This document shows positions 49,801 to 63,154 of a stretch of DNA of 64,000 nt, one piece after another. The stretch's first letter is position 1, and each line of letters opens with the position of its first letter. Location of the stretch: NCBI RefSeq assembly GCF_020745735.1, contig NC_083402.1, forward strand, positions 8,198,004-8,262,003. The letters run 5' to 3'. The notes under the pieces were generated by a model. It made no database searches. It saw only the letters and a program-made list of their open reading frames with translations, and had not been told where the DNA came from. A program made the translations under genes and the position numbers. The DNA comes from Hemiscyllium ocellatum. Its lineage: Eukaryota.

Positions 49801-50198
49801 CACCCAGAAAAACACCAGGCCTAAAGATAGAGTGATTCTCGATTTTCATGGAATTGTGGGTATTACAATAGCCATTGGAGTACATATCGCAGATGAGTAC
49901 AACTGAATGGAAAAGCAATTATTTACGATAAAGGATGCAACATGAGAAAAGATTTAAAATGCAGCGCTCTGCGTTTATGGCGCTGTTCGCCAACCAGGCA
50001 ATTCAATTAGTCTGTACCAGTTCTGAAACATAAAAGAATGTGCTGGAGAAACACAGCATCAGGAGAAAAAATACAGAGAAACAGCTTGAGAAACAAACAT
50101 CATGGTGTCTGTTCTCCATGTTTCTTCCAGTCTCCATGCACCTTCCACTGATGTTTCATGAGGATTTAATATTAGTGACAGGAAAGGTGGCATATTAG

Positions 50199-50355
50199 GG
50201 TGGCATGGTAGCTCAGTGATTCACACTGCTGCCTTACAATGCTAAGGTCTGGTTTGATTCCTCCCTTGGTTGACTGTATGTCTGGAGTTTGCACATTCTC
50301 CCTGTGTCTGTGTGGATTACCACCATGTGTTTCAGTTTCCTTCCACAGTCCAAAG
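50199..50355 (+). mobile_element. HE1/V-SINE, truncated
   Basis: GGCATGGTAGCTCAGTG head; GGAGTTTGCACATTCTCCCTG core. Confidence 0.8.
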
Positions 50356-50419
50356 AAAATCAGCAATAAACATGGAAACCAGGAACAACAGTAGTTGTCT
50401 GCCCCTTTGAAATTGCAGC

Positions 50420-51260
50420 TGATTAATATTCTTTCAACCTGCCATGCCACCTTCAAGGAACTATGAACCTGCTCAGTAACACTCCCCTTGACCCTACCAT
50501 AAAATATATAAGTCCAAACCTGGATTGCCTTGCTAATATGTAACATCACACATTTATCTAAATTAAACTTTATTGACCACTCGTCAGCTCATTGGCTCAT
50601 CTGGTCAAAGTTCTCCTGTACTGTGTGATAACTTTCTTCACTGTCCACAACCTCACCAGTTTTGGATGATCTGCAGACTTACAACCATTCCTTCCATATT
50701 CACATCAAAAACACAATGGACCCAGCACCAACTGTTGTGTTGCACCACTGGTCACAGGCCTCCAGTCTGAAAAACAATCCTCCATCACTACCCTCTGTCT
50801 CCTATCTTAAAGCTAATCTTGTCTCCAAGTGGTCAGCTTACCCTGGATTCCATATGATCTAACCTTCCTAACCAGCCTACAATTCAGAACTGAGTCAAAC
50901 AACTTGCTGAAGTCTATACATACAATATTCACCAATCTGCCTTCATCAACCTTCTTTGACATTTATTCAAGAAATTCCAGTCAAGTTTGTGATGCATGAT
51001 TTCCCATGTTCACTATCCTTATTCAATACTTGCCTTTCCAAATACACGTCGACTTCTGAACTCCAGTGAGTAGAGTCCCAACATTTTGCCTTGGCTCATA
51101 AGGCATTCTCTCCATATTGGAATCATCTTCATGAATATTCTCTAAACTACCTCCAATGAAATTATATATTTCCTCATCTGAAGAGATGAAAACTGCTCAC
51201 AGTACTCCAGATGTGCTCTCAGCAATACCTTGTATAGTTGTAGTCGGACTTCCCTACTTT
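50420..51260 (-). mobile_element. CR1 RT fragments
   Basis: Reverse-strand VSLQII, GNHASQT and QGIAES motifs. Confidence 0.7.
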
Positions 51261-51802
51261 GTACTCCAACCCCTTGAAACTATGAGTGGTATAGTTAAGG
51301 TGAATATCAAAGGTATTTTCCCTTGAGTGGAGGAGTTCAAAACTAGACGGCATATTTTTAAGATGAGAGGAAAAAGATTTAAAATGCTATGAGGGGAAAC
51401 TTTTTCATACAGAGATTGGTTCATACATATGTGATGAAGCTGCTCCTTTAACAATATGATGTTGTTCTTAGCTTTTTAGAGGGAGGTTGTAAAAGATACA
51501 GACTCTGAAACATCTGGGGTTGAAGGGCTGCAGGGCCAATTTGTTTGTAGCTGACAGATAATGCCCCAGGCAGAAGGCTCCCAAGTTAAAAAAAAACACA
51601 CTTGTACAATGAAAGGGAAGTTTCCACTTCCCTGAGCTCAGCTGTTCTCTGGTTTGATTTGGTTTGGAAGCTGCTGGACCCAAAGAAGCAGGTCCATGCT
51701 GGTATTCTCTCTGACACCGTTCCTGTCAGACCCTGTATTTGACTTTTCCTTTTGTGTCAAGGGATTTTGTGGGGATTGTTGCAAGTATTTGGAACAGCAT
51801 CT

Positions 51803-54740
51803 TTAGAACAAAGAGAGCAAAGAACATTACAGCACAGGAACAGGCCCTTCAGCCCTCTATTTCTGCTCTGATCCATATTCTTTATCTAAATCTGTTGTCT
51901 ATTTTCCAAGGATCTGTATACCTTTGGTCGCTGCACATTCATGTGTCTGTCTAGATACATCTTAAATGATGCTATTGACCCTTCCCCTACCACAAACACT
52001 GGCAATGCATTCCAGACACCTACCACCCTCTGTGTAAAGAACTTTCCATGTATATCTCCCCTAAACATTTCCCCTCTCACTTTTAACTCGTGATCCCTAG
52101 TAATTTAGTCCTTCACTCTGGGAAAAAGTTTCTTGCTATCCTCCCTGTCTACACCTCTCATGATTTTATAGGCCTCAGTCAGGTCCACCCCCCTCCCCCC
52201 AAACACCTTCTTTCCAATGAAAATATTCCTATTCAACTCAACCTCTGCTAATAGCTTGCTCCCTTCATACCAGGCAACATCTTGGTGAACCACCTCTGCA
52301 CCCTCTCCAAAGAATCCATATTCTTTTGTTAGTGTGGTGCCTAGAACTGTATGCAGTATTCCAGATGTGGCTGAACCAAAGTCTTATTCAATTGTAACAT
52401 GACCTGCCAACTCGTACTCAATATCCCACCCAGTGGAAGAAAGCATGCCTCCTTGACCATTTTACTGACCTGCATTGCCACCTCCAGGGAACAAGGGATC
52501 TGAAAATCCAAATGTCTCTGTACATCACTTTTCCCGGGACGTTTCCATTTGCTGTAGAGTTCACTCTGGAATTGCATCTTCCAAAATGCATCACCTTGCA
52601 TTTGTCCAGGTTGAAATCCATTTGCCAATTCTCTGCCCAACTCTCCAATCTATCTATTTTGTGCTATATTTTCTGAAAGTCCACTTGACTATCAGCTACT
52701 CCACCAATCTTCCTGTTATCTGCCAAACTTGCTAATCAGGCAACCTACACCTCCCTCCAAATCATTTATGTGTATCACAAACTTCAATGGTCCCAGCATG
52801 AATTCCTGTGGGACACCACTGGTCATAGGTCTCCATTTTGAGAAGCTCCCTTCCACACCTACTCTCCACCTCCTGTTGCCCAAACAGTTCTGTATCCATC
52901 TAGCTCGAACACCCTGGACCCCATGTGACTTCACCTTCTTCATCAGCATACCAAGGGGAATCTTATCAAACACTTTTCTAAAGTACATTTAAATGACATC
53001 TACATTCCTTCTCTCATCAATCAACTTTGTCACCTCTTCAAAGAATTCTATTGGGTTTGCATGACTTGACCTTTCTGCACAAAGCCATGCTGCCTATCAC
53101 TAATCAGCCCATTTTCTTCCTATCCCTTGGTATCTTCTCCAGTAGCTTCCCTACCACTAATGTCAGGCTCACAGGTCTGTAATTACCTGGATTATCCCTG
53201 CTACCCTTCTTAAATAAGAAGACAATATTAGCAATTCTCCAGTCCTCTGGGACCTCTCCCATTTTCAAGGATGCTGCAAAGATATCTGTTAAAGCCCCAA
53301 TTATTTCCTCTCTCATTTCCCATAGTAACCTGGGATAGATCCCATCCAATCCTGGGGATTTGTTCACCTTAATTCCTTTTAGAATACACAATACGTCCTC
53401 CTTCGTTATGCTGACTTAACCTAGAGTAACCAACGATCTATCCCTAACCTCAACATCCGCCATGTCCCTCTCCTCAGTGAATACTGATGCAAAGTACTCA
53501 TTAAGAATCTCACCCATTTTCTCTGACTCCACGCATATCTTTCCTACTTTGTCCTTGAGTGGGCCAATCATTTCCCTTGTTACCCTCTTGCTCCTTTTAT
53601 ATGAATAAATGGCTTTGTGGTTTTCCTGAACACTGCACGCTAAGGATATCTCATGACCTCTTTTAGCCCTCTTAATTCCTCATTTCAGATATTCTTCCAA
53701 AGCTTCATCTGACTTTAGTCACTTAGACCTTATGTACGCATCCTTTTTCCTTAGATAGTCTCACATGATTCATGATTCCCTAATCTTGCCATTTATATTC
53801 CTAATTTTCACAGGAACATATTTCTCCTGAACTCTAATTAACCTCTCTTTAAAAGTCTCCCATATATCAAATGAGGATTTACCTTCAAACAGCTGCTCCT
53901 GCTGAACTTTGGTATAGTTGGTCTTCCCAATTTAGCACTCTTCCTTTAAGACCACTCTCATCTTTGTCCATAAGTATCATAAAACTTGTGGAACTGTGAT
54001 CATTATTCCCAAAGTAATCCTCCACTGAAACTTTAACCACCTGGCTGGGCTCATTTCCTTGCACCAGGTTCAGTATGACTCTATCATGAGTTGGACTACT
54101 TACATACTGCTCGACAAAACCCTTGTGGATGCTCCTGGGGCATTTAGTTGCCAATCATGACCTTCACTCAACCAAGTTTTAGTAATAGCTGTAACATCAT
54201 ACTCCCAGGTACTAATCTAAGCTTGAAGTTCATTTGCCTTACCTACTATACTTATTGCAGTAAAACAAATGCATTCAGACTACCTGTCCCTTTGCCTTTG
54301 TCTATCACTTCCTGCCTACTCTGCCCCTTAGTCACGCTGAATTCATTATCTAGTTCCTAGCAGGCTATGTTACTACTTCCTTCCTGTCCACTAACGTTCT
54401 CATTTGGCTCCCATCCCCCTGCCACATTAGTTTAAACCATCCCCAACAGCATTTGCAAAAGCACCCCCAAGGACTTAGGTTCCTGTCCAGCTCAGGTGTA
54501 GACCATCCAATTTGTAATAGTCCCACTCACCCAGAACAGGTCCCAATATCCCAAAAATCTGAACTCCTCCCTCCTGCACCATCTCTCAAGCCATGCATTC
54601 ATCCAGAATATTCTATCATTCTTAATCTGACTTGCACGTGGCACTGGTAGCAATCCTGAGATTACTACCTCTGAGGTCCTACCTTTTAAACTTGGTTCCT
54701 AACACCTTAATTTCTTCATGTCGGACCTCATCCCATTTTT
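51803..54740 (-). mobile_element. Long CR1 LINE inserted in the Gypsy LTR
   Basis: VNKSPGLDGIYPRLL, NYRPVSLT, VPQEFMLGPL, APE region near 54100-54330. Confidence 0.9.
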
Positions 54741-55410
54741 TTACCTGTATCATTGATCATCAAATTTATTCAGTATTCTGTTCTCTTTTGTTTGTATTTC
54801 ATTTGGTAATCTTGTAAATAAATTCTGTTTTGTGGTTCAACCAACTGCATCCCTCTTGGAATATCCACGTTACACCTACTTAAAACAACAGGCAAAGTTA
54901 GGGTCTGGGCAACTTTCATGAAATATTTTGCAGGAGTGTGACCTGGTCATAACAGAGTGGGGGCTCTTTGCGAGATTTGTTCTATAGTTCCTTATTGGGA
55001 TTAGGGTTGTTGGACTCGGAGGCAGTGAATGGTAGGTGTTAGTGATTTTCATTCCCGGTGTTGAATTCAGTTGGTTTAAACAATACTTAGGATAGCAATG
55101 GCTCTTTCAGTCACTATGAGTTTTCTTGGGGTGGAAGAAGTGACTTTGGGAGTTTTGCAAAAGATGATTAAAGACAAGCTGCTAGAATTAGCAGACAAGT
55201 TGGGGTTGGAGTTGTCTCCTTCTGTGAAGAAAGGAGAGATAATTACAGCAATACCTCAGCATTTAAATTTGGTGTAAACACCACCAGTATCTTTAGAGAG
55301 AGCTAAAACCCAGTTGAAAATGAAGCAACTTAAGTTAGAGCCAAAAGACAAGAATGGGCAACAGAAATGAAAGAGTTTGAATTGTGATTAAAAGCAGAGT
55401 AAAGAGAAAA

Positions 55411-55445
<35 letters not shown>

Positions 55446-55447
55446 GA
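55411..55447. repeat. (AG)n microsatellite expanded inside Gypsy gag
   Basis: Directly visible. Confidence 0.9.
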
Positions 55448-55949
55448 GTGAAGAAAGGAAGAGGGAGAGGGAGCCTGAACCTCATAATTTGGCACTGAGA
55501 CAGGAAAGTCAGCTTAAAAGGGGGAGATGAAGGCTAGAAGTAAGTTTAATGAGGAAGAGAGTGAGGATGAGCAAACCAATGGTAGCCAAAGGGCTGGTGA
55601 AAAACTGTTTAAATATATTCAAGCATTGCCTACATTTGATGAGCAGGGTGCGAAAGCCTTTTATATCTCATTTGAAAAGCTGGTTAAACAAATGCAGTGG
55701 CCAGCCACCATAAGGGTTTTATTGATCCAAGCAAACTTGTAGTTAGACCTAGTGAAGTATTCACATCGCTATCAGAGGAGGGATCTGGGGCATATGAGGA
55801 GGTGAAGAAAGCCATCTTAACTGCACATGAGCTTATGTCAGAAGCCCACAGACAATGTTTCAGGAATCTAAGGAGGCACCCTGGTCAAGCTTACATAGAG
55901 TTTGAAAGAATCAAACAAAATAATTTTGAATGGTGGATAAGGGCATTAG

Positions 55950-57062
55950 GGTCTAGATTAGAGTGGTGCTGGTAAAGCACAGCAGTTCAGGCAGCATCCG
56001 AGGAGCAATAAAATCAACGTGCCGGGCAAAAGCCCTTCATCAGGGATACAGGCAGAGAGCCAGAAGGGTGGAGAGATAAGTGAGAGGAGGGTGGGGGTGG
56101 GGAGAAAGTAGCACAGAGTACAACAGTGAGTGGGGCAGGGGATGAAGATGATAGGATGGAGTGGGGGGGGGGAGGGGGGAGTCGATAGGTGGAAAAAAAG
56201 ATAAGCAGGTAGGACAAGTCATGGGGACAGTGCTGAGCTGGAAGTTTGGAACTGGGGTGAGGTGGGGGAAGGGGAAATGAGGAGATTGTTGAAGTCCACA
56301 TTGATGCCCTGGGGTTGAAGTGTTCCGAGGCGGAAGATGAGGCTTTCTTCCTTCAGGCGAATGGTGGTGAGGGAGCAGCGGTGAAGGAGGCCCAGGACCT
56401 CCATGTTCTCGGCAGAGTGGGAGAGAGAGTTGAAATGTTGGGCCATAGGGCGGTGAGGTTGATTGGTGTGGGTGTCCCGGAGGTGTTCCCTAAAGCACTC
56501 TGCTAGGAGGCATCCAGTCTCCCCAATGTAGAGGAGACCGCATTGGGAGCAACAGATACAATAAATGATATTGGTGGATGTGCCGGTAAAACTTCGATGG
56601 ATGTGGAAAGCTCCTTTCGGCCCTTGGATGGAGGTGAGGGAGGAGGTGTGGTCACAGGTTTTGCAATTCCTGTGGTGGCAGGGGAAGGTGCCAGGATGGG
56701 AGGTTGGGTTATTGGGGTGCGTGGACCTGACCATGGAGTCACGGAGGGAACAGTCTTTGCGGAAGGTGGAAAGGGGTGGGGACGGAAATATATCCCTGGT
56801 GGTTGGGTCTGTTTGGAGGTGGCGGAAATGTCGGTGGATGATTTGATTTATGCGAAGGTTGATGGGGTGGAATGTGCGCACCAGTGGCGTTCTGTCCTTG
56901 TTACAGTTGGAGGGGTGGGGTCTGAGGGCGGAGGTGCGGGATGTGGACGAGGTGCATTGCAGGGCATCTTTAACCACGTGGGAAGGGAAATTGCGGTCTC
57001 TAAAGAAGGAGGCCATCTGGTGTGTTCTGTGGTGGAACTGGTCCCCCTGGGAGCAGATACGA
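55950..57062 (-). mobile_element. Penelope-like element (RT thumb plus GIY-YIG, 265-aa open frame at 56219-57016) inserted in gag
   Basis: CHHRNCKTC; IIYCICCSQCGLLYIGETG..FREH; LGTLQPQGINVDF; pLTR at 55950-56218. Confidence 0.92.
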
Positions 57063-57204
57063 CATTAAAATGGAGAAAACCTGTGATGCTCTGAGAGAGA
57101 CTATTATTTTGTAGGAGTTGAAAAATTCACTTCCTGAAGTATGGGAACTCATGTGGAAGAGCAGAGAGTTAAAACAGCAAGATTAGCAGGTGCAATGGCT
57201 GATG

Positions 57205-57560
57205 ATAATAGAGACATACAAGATAATCAGAGGGTTAGATAGGGTGGACAGGGAGTGCCTTTTTCCAAGTATGGGGACAGTAAACACGAGGGGACACAAC
57301 TTTAAAGTGAGGGCAGATAGGTATAAGACAGATGTCAGAGGTAGTTTCTTTACTCAGAGAGTAGTAAGGGTATGGAATGCTTTGCCTGCAGCGGTAGTAG
57401 ATTTGCCAAGTTTAAATGCATTTAAGTTGTCATTGGACAGGCAAATGGACGTACATGTAATAGTATAGGTGGGATGGGCTTCAGATTAATATGACAGGGC
57501 GGCGCAACATCGAGGGCAGAGGGCCTGTACTGCGTTGTAATGTTCTATATGTTCTATATG
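57205..57560 (+). mobile_element. CR1 3' end (TTCTATATG tail subfamily) inserted in gag
   Basis: IETYKIIRGLDRVD...FFTQRVVRVWNALP. Confidence 0.88.
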
Positions 57561-58586
57561 ATTATGAATTGGTTGATAAATGAAAGTTTGGCTTCCAAAA
57601 TTAATTTCAGTCTGTGAGGAATAGAAATTGGGGAAAAGAGAGAACCCCACATGGAAAGGGAAAGGGAGATCTTGGTGAAGATCATAATGATAACTTACCA
57701 CAGGGCAAAAAGAAAACCCTTGAAGGGGACAGGGAAGTCTGGTGTTTTCACTGCAATAAAGTATGCCATAAGAAGTCACACCATTGGTGCGTTAGGAAAA
57801 GCACTAGGAAGCCAGATGTAGCAAAACAGGATCAGCCAATGAATTTTGTTGGAGGGTAACAGAAAGCACAGTGGATGCTAGAAAGCTGCACCAGAATGTA
57901 CAAGCTGGTCAGAGATTGGTTAAGGAGAAAATGCCAGATTTTCTTGAACGATATACCTGCCAAGGTAAAGTAAATGTACCGGCATTGGCCAGGAACAAAG
58001 GGTAAGGAGATTATGATCTTAAGAGACACTCTCAATTTGTGATGCTGAAAGATGAGGAGATATGTACTTCTGAAGAACTATTGCCAGAAAAGGTACTCAT
58101 AATGGGAATTCACAGTGAGACAAGAAGCACTCAATTATGTAAAGTGAGGTTAGAGTATCTTGTGAAGTGTGGTGAAGGCATGATTGGTGAATTGGATAAA
58201 CTCTCAGATCCAGGAATACAATTTGACTTGCTAATGATATAGCAGATTCACCAGTAGGAATGCTGCCTAATGTGTTGAAATGCCAGCGGAAATTCAGGCC
58301 ACTGAACTAATGGGGGATCCATATCCTGGGATTTTTCCTGATTGTGCAGTAATGAGGTCACAAAGTCATCAGTTGAAGCAAGAGAGCTTAAAGAGTACAG
58401 ATAAGAAAGTTGAAGTGGAATTAACAGAGACCCTGTTTGATCATATGGTTGAGAAAAACCAGGAGCAGACAGATGACAATGCAGACATGTTTAGCTCAGA
58501 TAAATTAACTGAGTTACAGCAGAGGATCAAAATTTAAATCAATTTAATCAAAGGGCATACACAGAAACAGAATCCAGATGTATCCC

Positions 58587-59364
58587 TGTGGGAATAAAAG
58601 ATCTGCCATTCCACCCACCCACAGCATGGCCACTTAAAAACACAGAAGCTGGTCTGTGAATTACAGAAATCAAGTCTGCCAACACATACAGAACACACCC
58701 ACAATGTCCCTGTCTTGGTCAAACAGGCTAACAAGGAAACCAGACATGGCCAAGCTATTCCCAGACCAGAGAATAGACTTCCAAACAACTTTCACAGTAA
58801 AGCTCCTAGCCCTGATGAACACTGCGGACCCAATACCCAAAAGGCAGGCTCAATTCCCATTGAAACCAATAAACAAACAGGCAAAGCTAGAGACCCTGGA
58901 AGACTTCACTCACAGGAGGAAAGCAATGTACACACCTGAATGCCAGGAGAAAGGACATTTACACATATTCATGCAGATGGGAAATATAATGAAGAATCCA
59001 CTAGAAAACATTCTCACTCATTCACTGATATGGTTAGAATCTCCTGTGTCAATTACAAATGAGTTGCTACTGCTGGACACTTGATTAACTTCCATCAGGT
59101 TTATTATTGTTTTAATCACTTTACAATTCTCACCATTGTCCTGTAACTGCTTTACAATTATGACCTTTGTATTGTACCCCTATAAAGCATGCCTGCACCT
59201 TCAGTTCTGGGAAGAACATTCTGGCCATCTGTGCAGAGAATCAGTTCTGTGTCAGCCTGGTCAATTTCTCTTCCATGATATTATTTTGTTTCATAAACTG
59301 CCTGTCAATTTCACTGTGATTCACATTTGTGTTCACTGAATCATTGGTCAGAATTTCTCCGACG
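58587..59364 (+). repeat. ERV 5' LTR (complete U3-R-U5)
   Basis: TGTGGGAAT start directly after Gypsy pol sequence; homologous to both 3' LTRs; continues past the point where they are interrupted. Confidence 0.85.
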
Positions 59365-59367
59365 GTG

Positions 59368-59387
59368 CGGCATAGTGAGCAGGATTC
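59368..59387 (+). promoter_or_regulatory. Degenerate tRNA-Ser(CGA)-type primer-binding site
   Basis: CGGCATAGTGAGCAGGATTC versus expected TGGCGCTGTGAGCAGGATTC (16/20, last 13 contiguous); the tRNA sequence is from memory. Confidence 0.6.
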
Positions 59388-59399
59388 AGACCTGTGCGG

Positions 59400-61340
59400 G
59401 GAAGCATTCTGGCAAAGAGTAACACAGTCAACATCTGCACAGACCTCAGATATGCCTTTGGAGTCATTCATGACTTTGGCACAATACGGAAGCAGAGAGG
59501 GTCCGTCACCTCGCAAGAAGACCACTCCAACATGCTGCACTCATTGCCAACCTCCTAGAAGCAGTCCTGCTAACCTCTGCTATAGCAATTATAAAATGTA
59601 CCACCCAGACATCTGCCACTGATCCCATCAGCCAAGGAAATGACTCAGCTGATGCAGCAGCCCAGGAAGCTGCACTACACCCGGTCACTAATGTCATGCA
59701 TATCCCTCCAGTGTGACAAAACCTCCGGAGTCCCCTGACCCTCTCAATGTAGTCCGAGCAGCTCAGCAAGCTGTCCCACCAGAACAGAGGGCCTCTTGTA
59801 CCCACATTGGGGCCATACAGTCACCCTCCCTACAGGTTCTTATTCACCCTGATGGCTGTATCATCTGCCCAAAAGCCCATCTGTACTTACTGGTCCTGGT
59901 GGCACATGGAATCAGACACACAGGCAAGAGAGGCATGATACATGTTGTCAGCCATTCCTGGTGTGCACCCGGATTCACTGCAGTTGCCCAAGCCCTGCAG
60001 TCACAGTGCCTCCACAGTGTCTACAGAACAACGCAAGGAAGCCTGTGGTCAAATATGACCACGTACCAGTTCCTAAGGGGCCCATTCACCCACCTCCAGA
60101 CTGATTTTGCCCACATGACTCAGAAACAGGTATACAAATATGTCCTAGTTATTGTAGACATGTTTTTGAAATGGGTTGAGGCATTTCCCACCAAAAAGAT
60201 GAAGCCCAAACATGGCAAAGTGTCTTCTGTTGGATGTTATTTCAAGATTTGGGATCCCAGGGAACATAGAAACAGACAGGGGGACCCATTTTACCATGAA
60301 GCTCATTACTGCAGTCCTTCCTAATGGAAGGATGTTGTGAGGGATTTGAAAGGGTTCAGAAAAGATTTACAAGGATGTTGCCCGAGTTGGAGGATTTGAG
60401 CTTTAGGGAGAGATTGAATAGGTTAGGGCTGTTTTCCCTGGAGCATCAGAGGCTGATGGGTGACCTTATAGAGGTTTATAAAATCATGAGGGGAATGGAT
60501 AAGATAAATAGACAAGGTCTTTTCCCTGGTGTGGGGGAGTCCAGAACTAGAGGGCATAAGTTTAAGATGAGAGGGGAAAGATATAAAAGAGAACTAAGGG
60601 CAACTTCTTCACTCAGAGGGTAGTATGTGTACGGAATGAACTGCTAGAGGAAGTGGTAAAGGCTAATACAATTGCAACATTTAAAACACATCTGGATGGG
60701 AAGGGTTTGGAGGGATATGGGCTGGGTGCTGGCAGGTGAGACTAGATTGGATTGGGACATTTGGTCGGCATGGACGGGTTGGACTGAAGGATCTGTTTCC
60801 ATGCTGTACATCTCTATGACTCTATAAAGCCATAGGGATACCCTGGAGACACCAGATCCCCAACCAGACTGAATCATCAGGAATGGTGGAAAGAATGAAC
60901 CGCACTCTCAAAACCACCCTCCCCTAAATCACCCAGGACACAGGATTGACTTGGCCAGACACCCTGCCACTGGTGCTGTGTACAAGGGACAGGGAAACTG
61001 AACAACAGGACTTACACCCTTTCAGGTGCTAATGGGAGGCCCATGCCCACAGCAACCAGACCTCCAAAACTCGACACTGACACAGCACTGCCCTTAACAC
61101 AGGAGGTTCTCTTGGATTATGTTCAAGCCCTTAATAGAAGCATCACTTTAAACCATGATTTGGTAAAAGCTGCACTGCCCACACCACAGCAGGAACCACT
61201 TCAGCCATTTAAACCTGGGGACTGTGTAATGACACAGTCACTGCTGAAAGATGCTCTCTCCCCAAGGTGGAAAGGACATACACGGGCTTGGTCTCAACCA
61301 GGACAGCAGTCAATCTCCAAGCGAGACTGGAATGAACGCA
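59400..61340 (+). pseudogene. ERV pol remnant: RNase H and integrase (gag-pro-RT deleted), split by a CR1 insertion
   Basis: VNICTDLRYAFGVIHDFG; GNDSADAAA; HHCC zinc-binding region; GPFTHLQTDF..LVIVDMFLKWVEAFP; SSGMVERMNRTLK. Confidence 0.9.
60324..60825 (+). mobile_element. CR1 3' end inserted in ERV integrase
   Basis: VQKRFTRMLP...GDLIEVYK; TCTATGACTCTAT tail; integrase frame VLP|KAIGIPW resumes after it. Confidence 0.9.
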
Positions 61341-61389
61341 TGCGACCCAGTACAAGAGGGTTGCACCTCCACAGAAGGATGACCAAGCC

Positions 61390-63138
61390 GGACAAGATGC
61401 AGCTCTGGACACCATGGTGGGATCTAGCTGCTCTCTGCAGCCATCGGGATCATCACCGTTTGACATTCACATCACCGCAGATCGGTAACAGGGGACACAG
61501 AGCGGAACACTGAATCCACCGTGAGCTGCGGATGAACACTTTCCTTCACATGACCCACAGATATGCCCAGAAGGTGAACCAGACCGGCTGCTGGGTCTGT
61601 GCACATGCCCCTGCCCATTTCCTCTGGGGCATTCCCCTAGCCGCTGTCCCTTTTAACATTGCAGAGATGGCAGAATGGTGGCTGGACCCGGACAGGTCCT
61701 CTGGGGTCACAGCGTTCAGCCTGCCAATCAGACCAGCCATTCATGTAACTAATAGCCCAGATGGCTGGAAATCTAAAGGGTACTTTTGAGACAAATTCAC
61801 AGGATGGTTCTACCCAGCCTATAACCCCTCACATGAACCCCTAACCTTGACCATCACTGACACCACCACACAGGGACCGACCAGAGGAACCATCTGCCTG
61901 ACAAGAAGCCAGCCATCTGCCTAGGAGGCTGGTTGGAGCCGGTGCACAAAGTCCCTGCTCTTGATCCCTGTAGTGTACCGTCCCACAGCAGAGGGTAGCA
62001 TCCTCAATTCACTTGCCCCCAACAAGTCTGCCCACAATTTCACTTTCACTACCATCTGGACAGGAACCCAAACCCACCACCTCAGAACATACAATGGCAT
62101 TTATTTTATCTGTGGCCACAAAACATACCCTTGGCTGCCATTGTCATGGACTGTGAGCTGTTTCATCAGGTAAATGATACCATTAATTTACCACTCCCAA
62201 TCCTCTCCTTTCCGGTAGCTTACCCCGGAAAGTAGCATAGAGTAAATGGCCTGGGAGTTGCAGTAGGAGAAGGACTCCCTGAGATTCTTGTAGAGAGAGG
62301 AGGAAAGCTTCTTCAAGGCAGGCATCCTTTCTACTTTCTCCCCACCCCCACCCTCCTCTCATTTATCTCTCCACCCATTAGGCTCTCTGCCTGTATTCCT
62401 GATGAAGGGCTTTTGCCCGAAACGTCGATTTTACTGCTCCTCGGATGCTGCCTGAACTGCTGTTCTCTTCCAGCACCACTAATCCAGAATCTGGTTTCCA
62501 GCATCTGCAATCATTGTTTTTACCTACTCTCCCTACTTGTGCCCACTTACGTAACCCTGTGCCTGGACATAGAGGCACATCAGCTGGCCACCACACTCAA
62601 GGAGATAGCGAATGCCACGGCTGAAGCGCTCGCCCAACTGAATATAGAGGCTGTCGCCATTTGCACTGTTGCCCTACAAAATAGAATGGCCCCGGATTAC
62701 TTGCTGGCTGAAAAGGGAGGCACTTGCTCCCTCATTGGTGCAGACTGCTGTACCTAATTCCCTGATCCCAGCGAAAATATAACAGACCTGATGCGCCACA
62801 TCCAACAGGCTACTGCTGTCTGACATGGCCAAGAATCCCGCTGGGACTTGTGGAGCTGGGTAACCTCCTGGCTGGGCTCATGGGGCACAGCCCTGCTGCA
62901 GGGTCTGATATCCCTTACTGCCATTCTTGTGGGTATCATAGTCCCAGTCATGGCCCTCCATGTGTGCTGCTCCCGGTTGTGTACAGCATTGTTATCCCCT
63001 GCCCCATCACCACCCAGCTAATACAAGTCCACTGGAGTGACATCCAAAGCGCTGACACAGCCTCCACCCTGCCAGATTTAGACACACGGACAACCCCCCC
63101 CCCGGATCTGGTACATTGTCCCCTTTTCAACCCATCTC
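61390..63138 (+). pseudogene. Gamma-type env, copy 2, with stops and a PLE insertion
   Basis: SU CWVC; immunosuppressive domain LQNRMAPDYLLAEKGG; CSLIGADCC (CX6CC); TM segment. Confidence 0.9.
62233..62529 (+). mobile_element. 5'-inverted PLE fragment with an intact hammerhead core, inserted near the env fusion peptide
   Basis: CTGATGAAGGGCTTTTGCCCGAAACGTC at 62399-62426; left part approximately 62233-62335 is in the opposite orientation. Confidence 0.75.
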
Positions 63139-63154
63139 AAAAAAAAGAGGGCAT

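Larger units (their letters stand above)
51460..58586 (+). mobile_element. Gmr1-like Gypsy LTR retrotransposon (LTR, tRNA-Pro PBS, gag with SCAN-like capsid, zinc knuckle, protease), split by CR1, PLE and ERV insertions
   Basis: LTR ends CATAACA at 54954; PBS TGGGGGCTC at 54958-54966; gag MALSVTMSFLGVEEV; FKYIQALPTFDE..AFYISFEK; WCFHCNKVCHKKSH; IMILRDT. Confidence 0.82.
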
